Shown in pieces: positions 12,033 through 20,611 of a stretch of 64,000 nt of DNA. Made by a program: the position numbers and the translations under genes. The DNA lies in assembly GCA_965116875.1 (NCBI GenBank), contig OZ220733.1:2848001-2912000 (forward strand), in the 5' to 3' direction. This stretch comes from Candidatus Latescibacterota bacterium (lineage in GTDB: Bacteria > Latescibacterota > UBA2968 > GCA-2709665). The notes under the pieces are model-generated. The model was not told the origin of the DNA, searched no databases, and was given only the letters and a program-made list of their open reading frames with translations. How positions within the stretch are numbered: the first letter of the stretch is position 1; each line of letters begins with the position of its first letter.

Positions 12033-15000
12033 ATGGCAGTAACCAACCGTGAGCGCGTTGGAAAGGCGCTCGATCTATTGAAAGCTGGGCTCGGTCCATT
12101 CGCCGATCGCGAAGTCAAGAATGCAATCAAAGCGAAGCGACTGGATCAATACGGTTTCCATAATTTCCCGGATGACCCGAAACTCAAGGGAAAGTCTGTC
12201 ACGGAGTGGGACGCGTCCGCGCTGCTGAAGTTGATGTGGGACACATGGAACGACGTATTCAGATACACGCTCGGACATACAGACCGCAGTCTTGTCTCCG
12301 AACTGCGCGATTGGCGCAACAAGTGGGCACACCAGGAGCATTTTTCAAGCGACGATACGGACCGGACGCTCGACTCCGCGGAGCGGCTGCTGACTGCGGT
12401 ATCGGCATCTCAGGCGGGCGAAGTGAATCGTGTGAAGATGGAGCTTCGCCGCCTGGTGATGGATGAGCAGGTAAGGGGAGAAAAACGCAAGGCTGCGGGT
12501 ACGCTCATCGAGTCCTCGGGCGGCGGCGTATTGAAGCCCTGGCGCGAGGTGGCGATGCCGCACAATGACGTGGCCACGGGCGGGTACCAGCAGGCGGAGT
12601 TCGCCGCGGATCTGTGGCAGGTGCATCTCGGAGAGGGCTCGGATGAGTACCGAGACCCTCAGGAGTTCTTCCGTCGCACGTATCTCACCGAGAGTCTGAG
12701 ACGTCTGCTCGAAGGCGCGGCGAGGAGGCTGGCTGGCAAGGGTGGCGATCCAGTTGTACAGTTGCAGACCAACTTCGGCGGGGGCAAGACACATTCCATG
12801 CTTGGGCTTTACCACCTGTTTTCCGGAACGGCGCCCGGAAAGCTTGAGGGGATGGAAGAGGTGCTGGCGGGCGCGGCAGTCGAGAAACTCCCATCGGTAC
12901 TGCGCGTGGTGCTGGTTGGAAACCGCATATCGCCGGGGAATCCGGATAAAAAACCGGACGGTACAGTCGTACGGACGTTGTGGGGCGAACTGGCGTACCA
13001 GCTTGGCGGTCGTGACGCATTCGAGCGGGTCCGGGCTGACGACGAACAGGCGACGAATCCCGGTGATGCGTTGCGCGAGCTTCTGATCGAATACGGGCCT
13101 TGCGTAGTGCTCATCGACGAATGGGTATCCTACGCAAGGCAACTCCACGATGAAGGCGACCTGCCCGCAGGCACTTTTGAGACCCAGTTTACCTTCGCAC
13201 AGGCTCTCACCGAATCGGTTAAGCTCACGGGCAACTGCCTGCTGGTGATTTCGCTTCCGGCTTCGGACACGTCGGATTCGAGTTCACCGCATACCGGGGC
13301 TGACGATGCGGAGGTGGGCGGGATTCGTGGCCGAAGCGCCCTCGATCGCCTGCGCAATGTACTCGGTCGGGTGGATTCACCCTGGCGTCCTGCGAGCGCA
13401 GAGGAGAGTTTCGAGATCGTCCGCCGACGGCTTTTCGAACCGCTCGCGGGGACGGACGCATACAAGCAGCGCGACCTGACGGTGCGGGGCTTCGCGGAAC
13501 TCTATCGATTGCAGCAGGTGGAGTTTCCAACTGACTGCCGGACGATGGACTACCAGCGCCGCATTCAGGCCGCGTACCCCATCCATCCGGAAATATTCGA
13601 CCGGCTATACTCGGACTGGTCCGCGCTGGCCGGATTCCAGCGAACCCGCGGCGTCTTGCGATTGATGGCTGCGGTCATCCATAGCCTGTGGGAGAGTGGA
13701 GACCGCAATCCGTTGATTCTGCCCTCCACGATTCCCATTGACGATCAGCGCGTCCAAAATGAACTGACGCGGTACCTGCCGGAAAACTGGACGCCGGTTA
13801 TCGAGAAAGACGTCGACGGTCTTGGCGCCTTGCCGCTCAGGATCGACGCCGAGACGCCGAACCTGGGGAAACTCTCTGCGGCTCGGCGCGTGGCGCGTAC
13901 TGTCTATATCGGCTCCGCGCCGACCTCGGCTGCGGCCCACCGGGGGATCGATGATACCCGCGTCAAACTCGGATGCGTGATGCCGGGGGAGGCGCCAGCC
14001 TTATTTGGCGACGCACTACGCCGGTTGGCGGCGGCGGCAACCTATTTGTATCAGGACAGCGCCCGGGTGTGGTATGCCACGCAGCCCACCGTCACCAAAC
14101 TGGCCGAAGACCGGGCAGAGCAGTTGAAGGGACAATCCGACGAGGTGGCGGCTGAACTGGAAAAGCGACTTAAAGCGGATCTACGGACACAGGGCGACTT
14201 CGAGCGTATCCATCCAATGCCGCAATCGGGGGCTGACGTGCCCGACGATCTGGACGCGCGGCTCGTGGTACTCTCGGCAGAGCAACCGTATTCCAGAGAG
14301 TCGGACAATGCGGCCGAGGTCGCCGCAAAGGCAATCCTGGAAATGCGCGGGAATACGCCGAGGCTCTACCGGAATTCGCTGGTTTTCCTCGCGGTGGACA
14401 GGGTGCGGTGGCAGGACCTGGACGAAGCCCTGCGCCGGTATCTTGCGTGGGAATCGATCCTCCGGGACAAGGTCGAGTTGAACCTGGATCCACACCAGGC
14501 GCGCCAGGCCGAAAACCAGAGGAATGCGGCTGATGACACCGTCACGGCGCGACTTCCGGAAGCATATCAATGGTTACTGGTGCCGGAACAGTCAAATCCA
14601 CAGTCGTCGATGTCATGGAATGCCATCCGACTGACCGCATCGGGAGGGCTTGCAGAACGCGCTTCGAAGCGTCTGCGCAGCGACGAGATGCTGATTTCAT
14701 CGCTTGGCGCTACGATTTTGCGAAAACATCTTGACGATGTCCCGCTCTGGCGTGGCGATCACGTGGAAATTCGGCAACTCGTTCAGGATTTCGGGCAGTT
14801 TCTATATCTTCCACGGCTGGCGGGTCCGGACGTCCTCACACGTGCGATTCAGGACGGCGTGGGACTGCTTACCTGGAAGCTCGATAGTTTTGCCTACGCT
14901 GAAAGCTACAAGGAGGCGGAGAATCGTTATCTTGGGCTACGAGTGCAGGAGTCGGTCACCATTACGCCCGAAAGCAGTGCGCTTGTCGTAAAACCGGAGG

Positions 15001-15359
15001 TTACGGCGGAGCAGTTGAGAGTAGAACAGACTCCGGAAACCGCAGGGGAGACTCCCGGCCAGCCTGGCGTTCAAGTTCCCGGGGTAGACCCGGCGCCAAC
15101 ACCCCCGGAACCACCCACGCCGAAACCCCGTCGATACCATGGCGCTGTGACGCTGAACGCCCAGCGGGTGGGTCGCGACGCAAGCCAAATCGCCGATGAG
15201 GTGATCGCGCATCTGTCCGGCATCGTGGGCTCCGAGGTTAGCGTCACACTTGAAATCCATGCGGAGATACCGGACGGCGCCCCGGAGAACGTGGTGCGTA
15301 CCGTCACGGAGAACAGCCAGACGCTGAAGTTTGAGAGCCACGGGTTTGAGGAGTCGTAG
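12033..15359 (+). CDS. Swt1-like HEPN domain fused to DUF499 AAA+ ATPase
   Basis: N-terminal RNKWAH (RxxxxH), Walker A QTNFGGGKTHS, Walker B VLIDEW, YPIHP, FQRTRGVLR, Pro-rich linker before the C-terminal domain. Confidence 0.92.
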   Translation: MAVTNRERVGKALDLLKAGLGPFADREVKNAIKAKRLDQYGFHNFPDDPKLKGKSVTEWDASALLKLMWDTWNDVFRYTLGHTDRSLVSELRDWRNKWAHQEHFSSDDTDRTLDSAERLLTAVSASQAGEVNRVKMELRRLVMDEQVRGEKRKAAGTLIESSGGGVLKPWREVAMPHNDVATGGYQQAEFAADLWQVHLGEGSDEYRDPQEFFRRTYLTESLRRLLEGAARRLAGKGGDPVVQLQTNFGGGKTHSMLGLYHLFSGTAPGKLEGMEEVLAGAAVEKLPSVLRVVLVGNRISPGNPDKKPDGTVVRTLWGELAYQLGGRDAFERVRADDEQATNPGDALRELLIEYGPCVVLIDEWVSYARQLHDEGDLPAGTFETQFTFAQALTESVKLTGNCLLVISLPASDTSDSSSPHTGADDAEVGGIRGRSALDRLRNVLGRVDSPWRPASAEESFEIVRRRLFEPLAGTDAYKQRDLTVRGFAELYRLQQVEFPTDCRTMDYQRRIQAAYPIHPEIFDRLYSDWSALAGFQRTRGVLRLMAAVIHSLWESGDRNPLILPSTIPIDDQRVQNELTRYLPENWTPVIEKDVDGLGALPLRIDAETPNLGKLSAARRVARTVYIGSAPTSAAAHRGIDDTRVKLGCVMPGEAPALFGDALRRLAAAATYLYQDSARVWYATQPTVTKLAEDRAEQLKGQSDEVAAELEKRLKADLRTQGDFERIHPMPQSGADVPDDLDARLVVLSAEQPYSRESDNAAEVAAKAILEMRGNTPRLYRNSLVFLAVDRVRWQDLDEALRRYLAWESILRDKVELNLDPHQARQAENQRNAADDTVTARLPEAYQWLLVPEQSNPQSSMSWNAIRLTASGGLAERASKRLRSDEMLISSLGATILRKHLDDVPLWRGDHVEIRQLVQDFGQFLYLPRLAGPDVLTRAIQDGVGLLTWKLDSFAYAESYKEAENRYLGLRVQESVTITPESSALVVKPEVTAEQLRVEQTPETAGETPGQPGVQVPGVDPAPTPPEPPTPKPRRYHGAVTLNAQRVGRDASQIADEVIAHLSGIVGSEVSVTLEIHAEIPDGAPENVVRTVTENSQTLKFESHGFEES

Positions 15360-15460
15360 GACAAAAAGGATGAAACCTCGGCGATCAGTCGACATCGAAT
15401 GGCTTCGTTGGTCGCTATTGGGCAAAGCCGTGCGATGACATATTATTGGGAGGAAGATCG

Positions 15461-15688
15461 ATGCCAGGGCAAGGTTCGGCCGGTAACGTCCTTGCAGCTT
15501 TGTGTAGCCTAATCGTACCCGGTTTGGGTCAGTTGCTTCAGGGACGGTTCCTGATCGCCCTCATTCAGTTTTGCCTGGCCGCCGTGCTGTGGGTTTTTCT
15601 GTTGGGGTGGCTGATCCACCTTTGGTCGATTCTGGACGCTGCCCGGTGGAAGCCGCCGGATAGTCCAACTCGTGCGGGCGGTCCGTGA
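15461..15688 (+). CDS. Small membrane protein
   Basis: ATG with GGGAGG RBS. LAALCSLIVPGLGQLLQGR followed by hydrophobic helices. Confidence 0.7.
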   Translation: MPGQGSAGNVLAALCSLIVPGLGQLLQGRFLIALIQFCLAAVLWVFLLGWLIHLWSILDAARWKPPDSPTRAGGP

Positions 15689-15935
15689 TCGAGGCGCTGA
15701 TTAAAGTGGGTGCCTGCAGAAGACGCTGATTGTAGAGTACAAGAGAAGTCCAGGGACGATGTGGGCGGGATGTCCGTGCGGTGGGGGGTGCTATTGGAGT
15801 GCCCCTTTATTTCTTTGATTGGAGAGTGGACTCACACTGAGCTTGCGATTCGCCAGATCGTACGCCATGTGTCCAATTCGTCATCAGAGGGTGCAGTTGT
15901 AAAGCATTGGATTTGTTGAGACCCATTGGTTAGAT

Positions 15936-16085
15936 ATGAAGACGCCTTTGCAAGAACGATCCCAATCGAATTACGGTAAATTGGACCAAAGCGACTCCTG
16001 GAGCGACCAGGATCGAGAGGATCTAGCCTCCGTTTCCTTGCATTACGCGTCGACGCTCTACTCGGAGGAGGAGGACCTTGTTTGA
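15936..16085 (+). CDS. Small acidic putative antitoxin (49 aa)
   Basis: MKTPLQERSQSNYGKLDQSDSWSDQDREDLASVSLHYASTLYSEEEDLV*. Overlaps the start of a PemK-like gene. Confidence 0.5.
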   Translation: MKTPLQERSQSNYGKLDQSDSWSDQDREDLASVSLHYASTLYSEEEDLV

Positions 16086-16170
16086 TCCGGGCGACGTAGT
16101 AGTGCTTGACTTTTCTGGCGTTACGGGCGTCAAACGTCGACGGATTGCGGTCATTTCATTTCTGGACTCG
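16078..16170 (+). pseudogene. Truncated PemK/MazF-family toxin
   Basis: MFDPGDVVVLDFSGVTGVKRRRIAVIS matches the PemK N-terminus (GDVV...KRRP.VV.S). Similarity is lost after ~28 codons. Confidence 0.6.
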
Positions 16171-16317
16171 CCGGCTTCACCAGGTTCATGTCAAGAGCCC
16201 TTAATGCGCTTTTATGATCAGTCGCCTGCTATTCGAGGGCAGGATGGCCTCGATGCGGGGCTCTCGCGTCCCGAAAAGCGACAGCGTAGTTTTACAGGTA
16301 TCCGCGGACACCCATAA

Positions 16318-16477
16318 CAGTCCGTTGAGAAAGTCGCTCTGCAGGCGAGGCCGAGCCAATGTGGTCGAAGACAAGGCGCGCGACCGAGTCCCATCCTTTG
16401 ATTCGGCGAGGGAGCGCAACGCAGTATTTCGACCGCAAGGGCCGGCCGTAGCCCGGATGGACTTTTTCAACGGGCTG
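16318..16477. mobile_element. 160-bp MITE-like element
   Basis: Terminal inverted repeats CAGTCCGTTGAGAAAGTC / GACTTTTTCAACGGGCTG (16/18 match), flanked on both sides by ATAA (4-bp target duplication). Confidence 0.75.
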
Positions 16478-16493
16478 ATAAGGAGAGGATTCC

Positions 16494-16763
16494 ATGTCCA
16501 ATTTCAATTATACGTCAGACGAAGTCGCGTCACGCGGTGAATCTATGTACATAAATCGGATTCGGGACAAGTTGAATCCCGAGTACAAAGGCAAGTACCT
16601 GGTCATTGACGTTGAAACCGGTGCATATGTCATCAACCATGACGACCTGGCGGCCACGAAACAGTTACTTGCCAGCCATCCCGATGCGGTCATCTACGGT
16701 TTACGAATCGGGTATCCGAGCGCCTATCGCATCGGTAGTGGGTCTTCGGAGAACGCACGATGA
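16494..16763 (+). CDS. Small DUF5678-like protein
   Basis: 89 aa, GKYLVIDVETGAY...LRIG. GGAG RBS. Coupled to the protease gene. Confidence 0.7.
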   Translation: MSNFNYTSDEVASRGESMYINRIRDKLNPEYKGKYLVIDVETGAYVINHDDLAATKQLLASHPDAVIYGLRIGYPSAYRIGSGSSENAR

Positions 16764-17131
16764 TTCACGGACGGGTTACGGCTAACCGAGAAGTGATCAT
16801 TGAACTGAAAGTCGTTAGCTCCACTCAGCAAAACGAAGCCGTAGATGCCGTCATCGATACCGGCTTCAACGGCTATCTGACCCTGCCTGCCGATCTGGTC
16901 AAACGCCTGAAACTCCGACCCGCGGGAGATCGGCGCGCTACCCTTGGCGACGGAACGTCGGTGGTGTTGAAAGTGTATCTGGCAAAGGTGATATGGCATA
17001 GCCACGAACGTGAAGTTCTCGTTTTACAAGCAGAAGGCGGACCGTTGATCGGTATGTCGCTGCTCTTCGGAAATCGCATTACGTTGACACTTGTCCGGGG
17101 CGGTGACGTAATCATTGAACCTCTCTTATGA
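16760..17131 (+). CDS. Clan AA (retropepsin-like) aspartic protease
   Basis: AVIDTGFNGYLTLP and PLIGMSLL motifs, 123 aa. Confidence 0.85.
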   Translation: MIHGRVTANREVIIELKVVSSTQQNEAVDAVIDTGFNGYLTLPADLVKRLKLRPAGDRRATLGDGTSVVLKVYLAKVIWHSHEREVLVLQAEGGPLIGMSLLFGNRITLTLVRGGDVIIEPLL

Positions 17132-17213
17132 TCCCTCCGGAAGACATGGAGGCGCTGCTGGTAAGTAAAGGGGTCGAGAATAGCGGTTTTCGAATCAAAC
17201 GGAGGAATGAACC

Positions 17214-20200
17214 ATGGCGTTTTCACCTGCGATTCATGAAACGGATCTGGGGCAAGGGGTCTGCATATCGGCGCCGGCAGGGAATACCTACCAGGAAGCG
17301 GCCGGCAGTCTGAAGGCGGTCCTCGAGGATATCCTTTCGGGGCGCGTGGATGTGCTTCCGGACGAGAAGCTGGATGCAGACGGACGGCACGTGATCGCGT
17401 TGGGGAATATGATGGACAGCGCCTTGCTGCGAACGCTCTACTTCCGGGCTTACGATCTGACCGACCGCGTGTGGCCGGGTCCCGGAGGGTGGGTGGTGCG
17501 CACAATGCCTCATTCATTGGACGGCGTGGGGCACGTCGTGGTGGCAGGCGTGAGCAGCGCGGAGGACATTGACGCTGCGGCCGGAGCGCTGGGTCGTTCG
17601 ATAGCGGAAGGTGGACCGATTCTTCCGTTCCAATTCGAGGTACATCCGGGCAGATGGTCGGATCTGTATGTGAATCCCGCCGAAGAGCTACTGGCCAAGA
17701 GCAACCGGGACATCGAGCAGGAATCCATCGGCGGCGGATCCGGCGACTGGACCTATATGATGGTTATCGCCGATATCGGGATGCTCGCGGTGCAGACTGG
17801 AAATCAGGGTTTGATGTCGATGTTCTGCCACCAGGTCCGCCACTTCGCCCGCACGCGCTGGTTCGAGCGGACGCTGGAGGACCCCACGTTGATCCACGGA
17901 TTCATACGTGTGCTTCTGCTGCCGTTCACGATCCTGGAAAACCATCCCGCGCTTCCCGCCTCGCAGCGGGAGGAGACGCTGGAAGCGCTGCTGGGCCTCT
18001 TCAGGTCCGCCGAAGGGGCCGGCAATACCGGGCTGCTGAGCTGTGTGGGCGTGGACCGGGTGCGCCAGAACCACCAGACCCGTTCCGCACTCGATATGTT
18101 TTACGGAGGCCGCTATTTCCACCAGGTGCATGGGCTCGCGGAAGGGTTGGCGTGGATGAAGCTGGCGGAGGTCTTCTTTGCGCCGCAAATGGGATCGAAC
18201 AAGCCCGTATGCGATTCGTGGGGCCATCAGTGGGGGGCCTCGCTGTTCAACACCGCGGACTATGCGCTGGCCGCCGGAAAGATGGACTACTTCTCGAGCC
18301 GGCCCTATCTGGAGGGCGTGGACCGGGCGCTTATGGCGCACAGCAACCTGGAGCGCGGGCCGGAACAATACTGCCGCATGGCCGCGGCGGTAACGGGCAA
18401 TGACGAATATCTGCAGCTTTGCGAATCCATCGACGAAGGCGCGACAGCGGAACGGACCATTCGAGGGGCCGAGGAGCCCTTGCGGACATGGGTGACCGGG
18501 CGGCGGCCGGTGGCGCCGGAACGGCTGGGCCGGGTTGGTGTGGCCCCATTGTCGCGATTGTTCTACGATTCCCTCGAAGAATACACCACGTTTGCGCCGG
18601 TGAACGGCGTCTATCTGAGGAATCTGCCCTACGAACAGACGTTCGACAAGGTGTATTTCAGATCGGGATGGACGGACCGGGACGATTACCTGCTGCTGGA
18701 CGGCATCTCGGGGGGCTCGCACTCCTACCAGGACGGCAATTGCATCGTGCGTTACACCAGCCGCGGCGCATCCTGGTTCAGGTTTGCAGGAGGCCACCAG
18801 CCGGCGACGGTTCGGGACTACACGGGCGTGAGTGTTTCTGTGGACGGCGCCGGGCCGGGGTGCGAGTCCCGGTACGCGGCGCTGCGGTATCTGCACGAAG
18901 GGGAGACCCTTGCCGTGGCCGGCACGTCGATGACCTATCCTGAGCAGGGCGACTGGTATCGACACATCGTGTACAGCCGGGAGGGGTGGTTTCTGGTGAT
19001 CGACGAGGTCTGGCCCGCCGTTACAGGAGAATTTCTCGTGGAGTGCCGGTGGCACATTCTGGGCGACACGACCCTGACAGACGGCCTGTTGCAGTCGGTT
19101 CAGGGAGACGCGCAGTTGAACATGCGCCATGCCGGGAGCGGGCGCCAGGAACTGGCTGCATCGGACTACTGGTGCGCGGAAGACCACTCGCGGTGGGTCC
19201 AGCGTTCCCTGGCGGGGCTCCGGCCGGGAACAGGGACTCGCATGGCCACCCTTTTCTGGACAGACCCGGTGGCCGATGGCAGAGATTTCAGGCTGGTCGA
19301 GGAGACGACCGGTTTTCGCATTGAAGGGGACGGCGAACCCGTCACGGTTGTATTGACTGAGGGTAATGATACCCCTGAGGTCACCGGATCCGTCGCGACG
19401 CTGCCCACGGCCGGTGGGGTTGTGGATGGATCCGATGCCGCGTCATTTCAGATTACCGGCGGCGAAGCGATGCCCGTCTGGCGTACCCGGTGCGCAGATG
19501 CCGTGAGGGCGCTGGATTTCGGAAAGGATAGAGGTTTCGCGGGCGACGACGGCGGAGTGACCGCGTTCGATTCTGACGGCGATCCTCTGTGGAAACGAGA
19601 GATCGACGGTGGCGTCCGTGCCATTGCGGCCATGGACGACGGCGGTGCAGCCGTGGGAGGCGACGGGGAAACCGTATACCGGCTGGACGCATCGGGAGAA
19701 ATGCTCTGGTCCTATCAGATCGAATGGCAGCCCATGAACTGGGATAGCTGGTCCAGGAAGAACTGCGTGGTATTGAGCCTTGCTGCGGGGGATATCGACG
19801 GGGACGGACGGGAGGAAATTCTGGTCGGATGCGCGGACCGTCACGTGTACGCATTCGACGCGGACGGCAGCATGCTGTGGCGTTCTCCATGCCAGTGGGG
19901 ACCGCCGGTTTGTCTGGATACCGCGGAGCTGACGGAAGGGCCGGAACGACAGACGCTCGCGGGCCTGGCGGACCCGGCCATTCACGCACACACGCTGGTT
20001 TTCGCGAAGGACGGGACGCTGGGGCGGCCCCTGCAGCGGCCGGATATCGTCAGTTGGTCGATCCCCTCCTGGTCGCGCTGCCTGCGCGTAGCGGACGTGG
20101 ATGGGGACGGCCGGGACGAGGTCATCAGCGGGGTGGACACAAACCACCGCCAGTTGATCGTCTACGGGCGGGAGGGCGAGGTGATCTGGGACGCGGATCT

Positions 20201-20528
20201 GGGCGGCGCGGTGCTCGCGGCGGAGGTCCACGGCGGACGCCTGTATGCCGGCGCGTCCAACGGTTTTGTACAGTGCTTCGACGCCGCTGGCAGCCGCTTG
20301 TGGCATCGGCTTCTCGTCGAGCCCGTGGCCGGCCTGGCGCCCGCGGGAGATGGGGGATGCCTGGCGGCACTGAGAGGCGGACGCGTGGTGTCCCTCGAAG
20401 GCTCCGGAGAGATCCGGACGACTGACGACGGGGACTCGGATGTGACGGTTACAGAGTGGGCATCCGGCTGGCCGGACGGCGGCCTGCTGGTGGGCCGAAA
20501 GAGTGGAGCGCTGGAACTCTACCGGTAG
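17214..20528 (+). CDS. Heparinase II/III-like protein with C-terminal PQQ/FG-GAP beta-propeller (paralog 1)
   Basis: RQNH, FRSGW..DDYLLLDG..GGSHSYQDGN, DIDGDG repeats. GGAGG RBS. No signal peptide. Confidence 0.75.
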   Translation: MAFSPAIHETDLGQGVCISAPAGNTYQEAAGSLKAVLEDILSGRVDVLPDEKLDADGRHVIALGNMMDSALLRTLYFRAYDLTDRVWPGPGGWVVRTMPHSLDGVGHVVVAGVSSAEDIDAAAGALGRSIAEGGPILPFQFEVHPGRWSDLYVNPAEELLAKSNRDIEQESIGGGSGDWTYMMVIADIGMLAVQTGNQGLMSMFCHQVRHFARTRWFERTLEDPTLIHGFIRVLLLPFTILENHPALPASQREETLEALLGLFRSAEGAGNTGLLSCVGVDRVRQNHQTRSALDMFYGGRYFHQVHGLAEGLAWMKLAEVFFAPQMGSNKPVCDSWGHQWGASLFNTADYALAAGKMDYFSSRPYLEGVDRALMAHSNLERGPEQYCRMAAAVTGNDEYLQLCESIDEGATAERTIRGAEEPLRTWVTGRRPVAPERLGRVGVAPLSRLFYDSLEEYTTFAPVNGVYLRNLPYEQTFDKVYFRSGWTDRDDYLLLDGISGGSHSYQDGNCIVRYTSRGASWFRFAGGHQPATVRDYTGVSVSVDGAGPGCESRYAALRYLHEGETLAVAGTSMTYPEQGDWYRHIVYSREGWFLVIDEVWPAVTGEFLVECRWHILGDTTLTDGLLQSVQGDAQLNMRHAGSGRQELAASDYWCAEDHSRWVQRSLAGLRPGTGTRMATLFWTDPVADGRDFRLVEETTGFRIEGDGEPVTVVLTEGNDTPEVTGSVATLPTAGGVVDGSDAASFQITGGEAMPVWRTRCADAVRALDFGKDRGFAGDDGGVTAFDSDGDPLWKREIDGGVRAIAAMDDGGAAVGGDGETVYRLDASGEMLWSYQIEWQPMNWDSWSRKNCVVLSLAAGDIDGDGREEILVGCADRHVYAFDADGSMLWRSPCQWGPPVCLDTAELTEGPERQTLAGLADPAIHAHTLVFAKDGTLGRPLQRPDIVSWSIPSWSRCLRVADVDGDGRDEVISGVDTNHRQLIVYGREGEVIWDADLGGAVLAAEVHGGRLYAGASNGFVQCFDAAGSRLWHRLLVEPVAGLAPAGDGGCLAALRGGRVVSLEGSGEIRTTDDGDSDVTVTEWASGWPDGGLLVGRKSGALELYR

Positions 20529-20611
20529 GCGTCGCAAGTCTCCATCCTGGCCGTCAATGTAAACTCCGGCTTTGTGGTTTAGATTGGTATGTACGCAGAA
20601 AGGAATGTGAA

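Noticed and set aside
15710-15919. 69-aa ORF after the small membrane protein
   Set aside because: No RBS or motif. Probably non-coding or degraded sequence.
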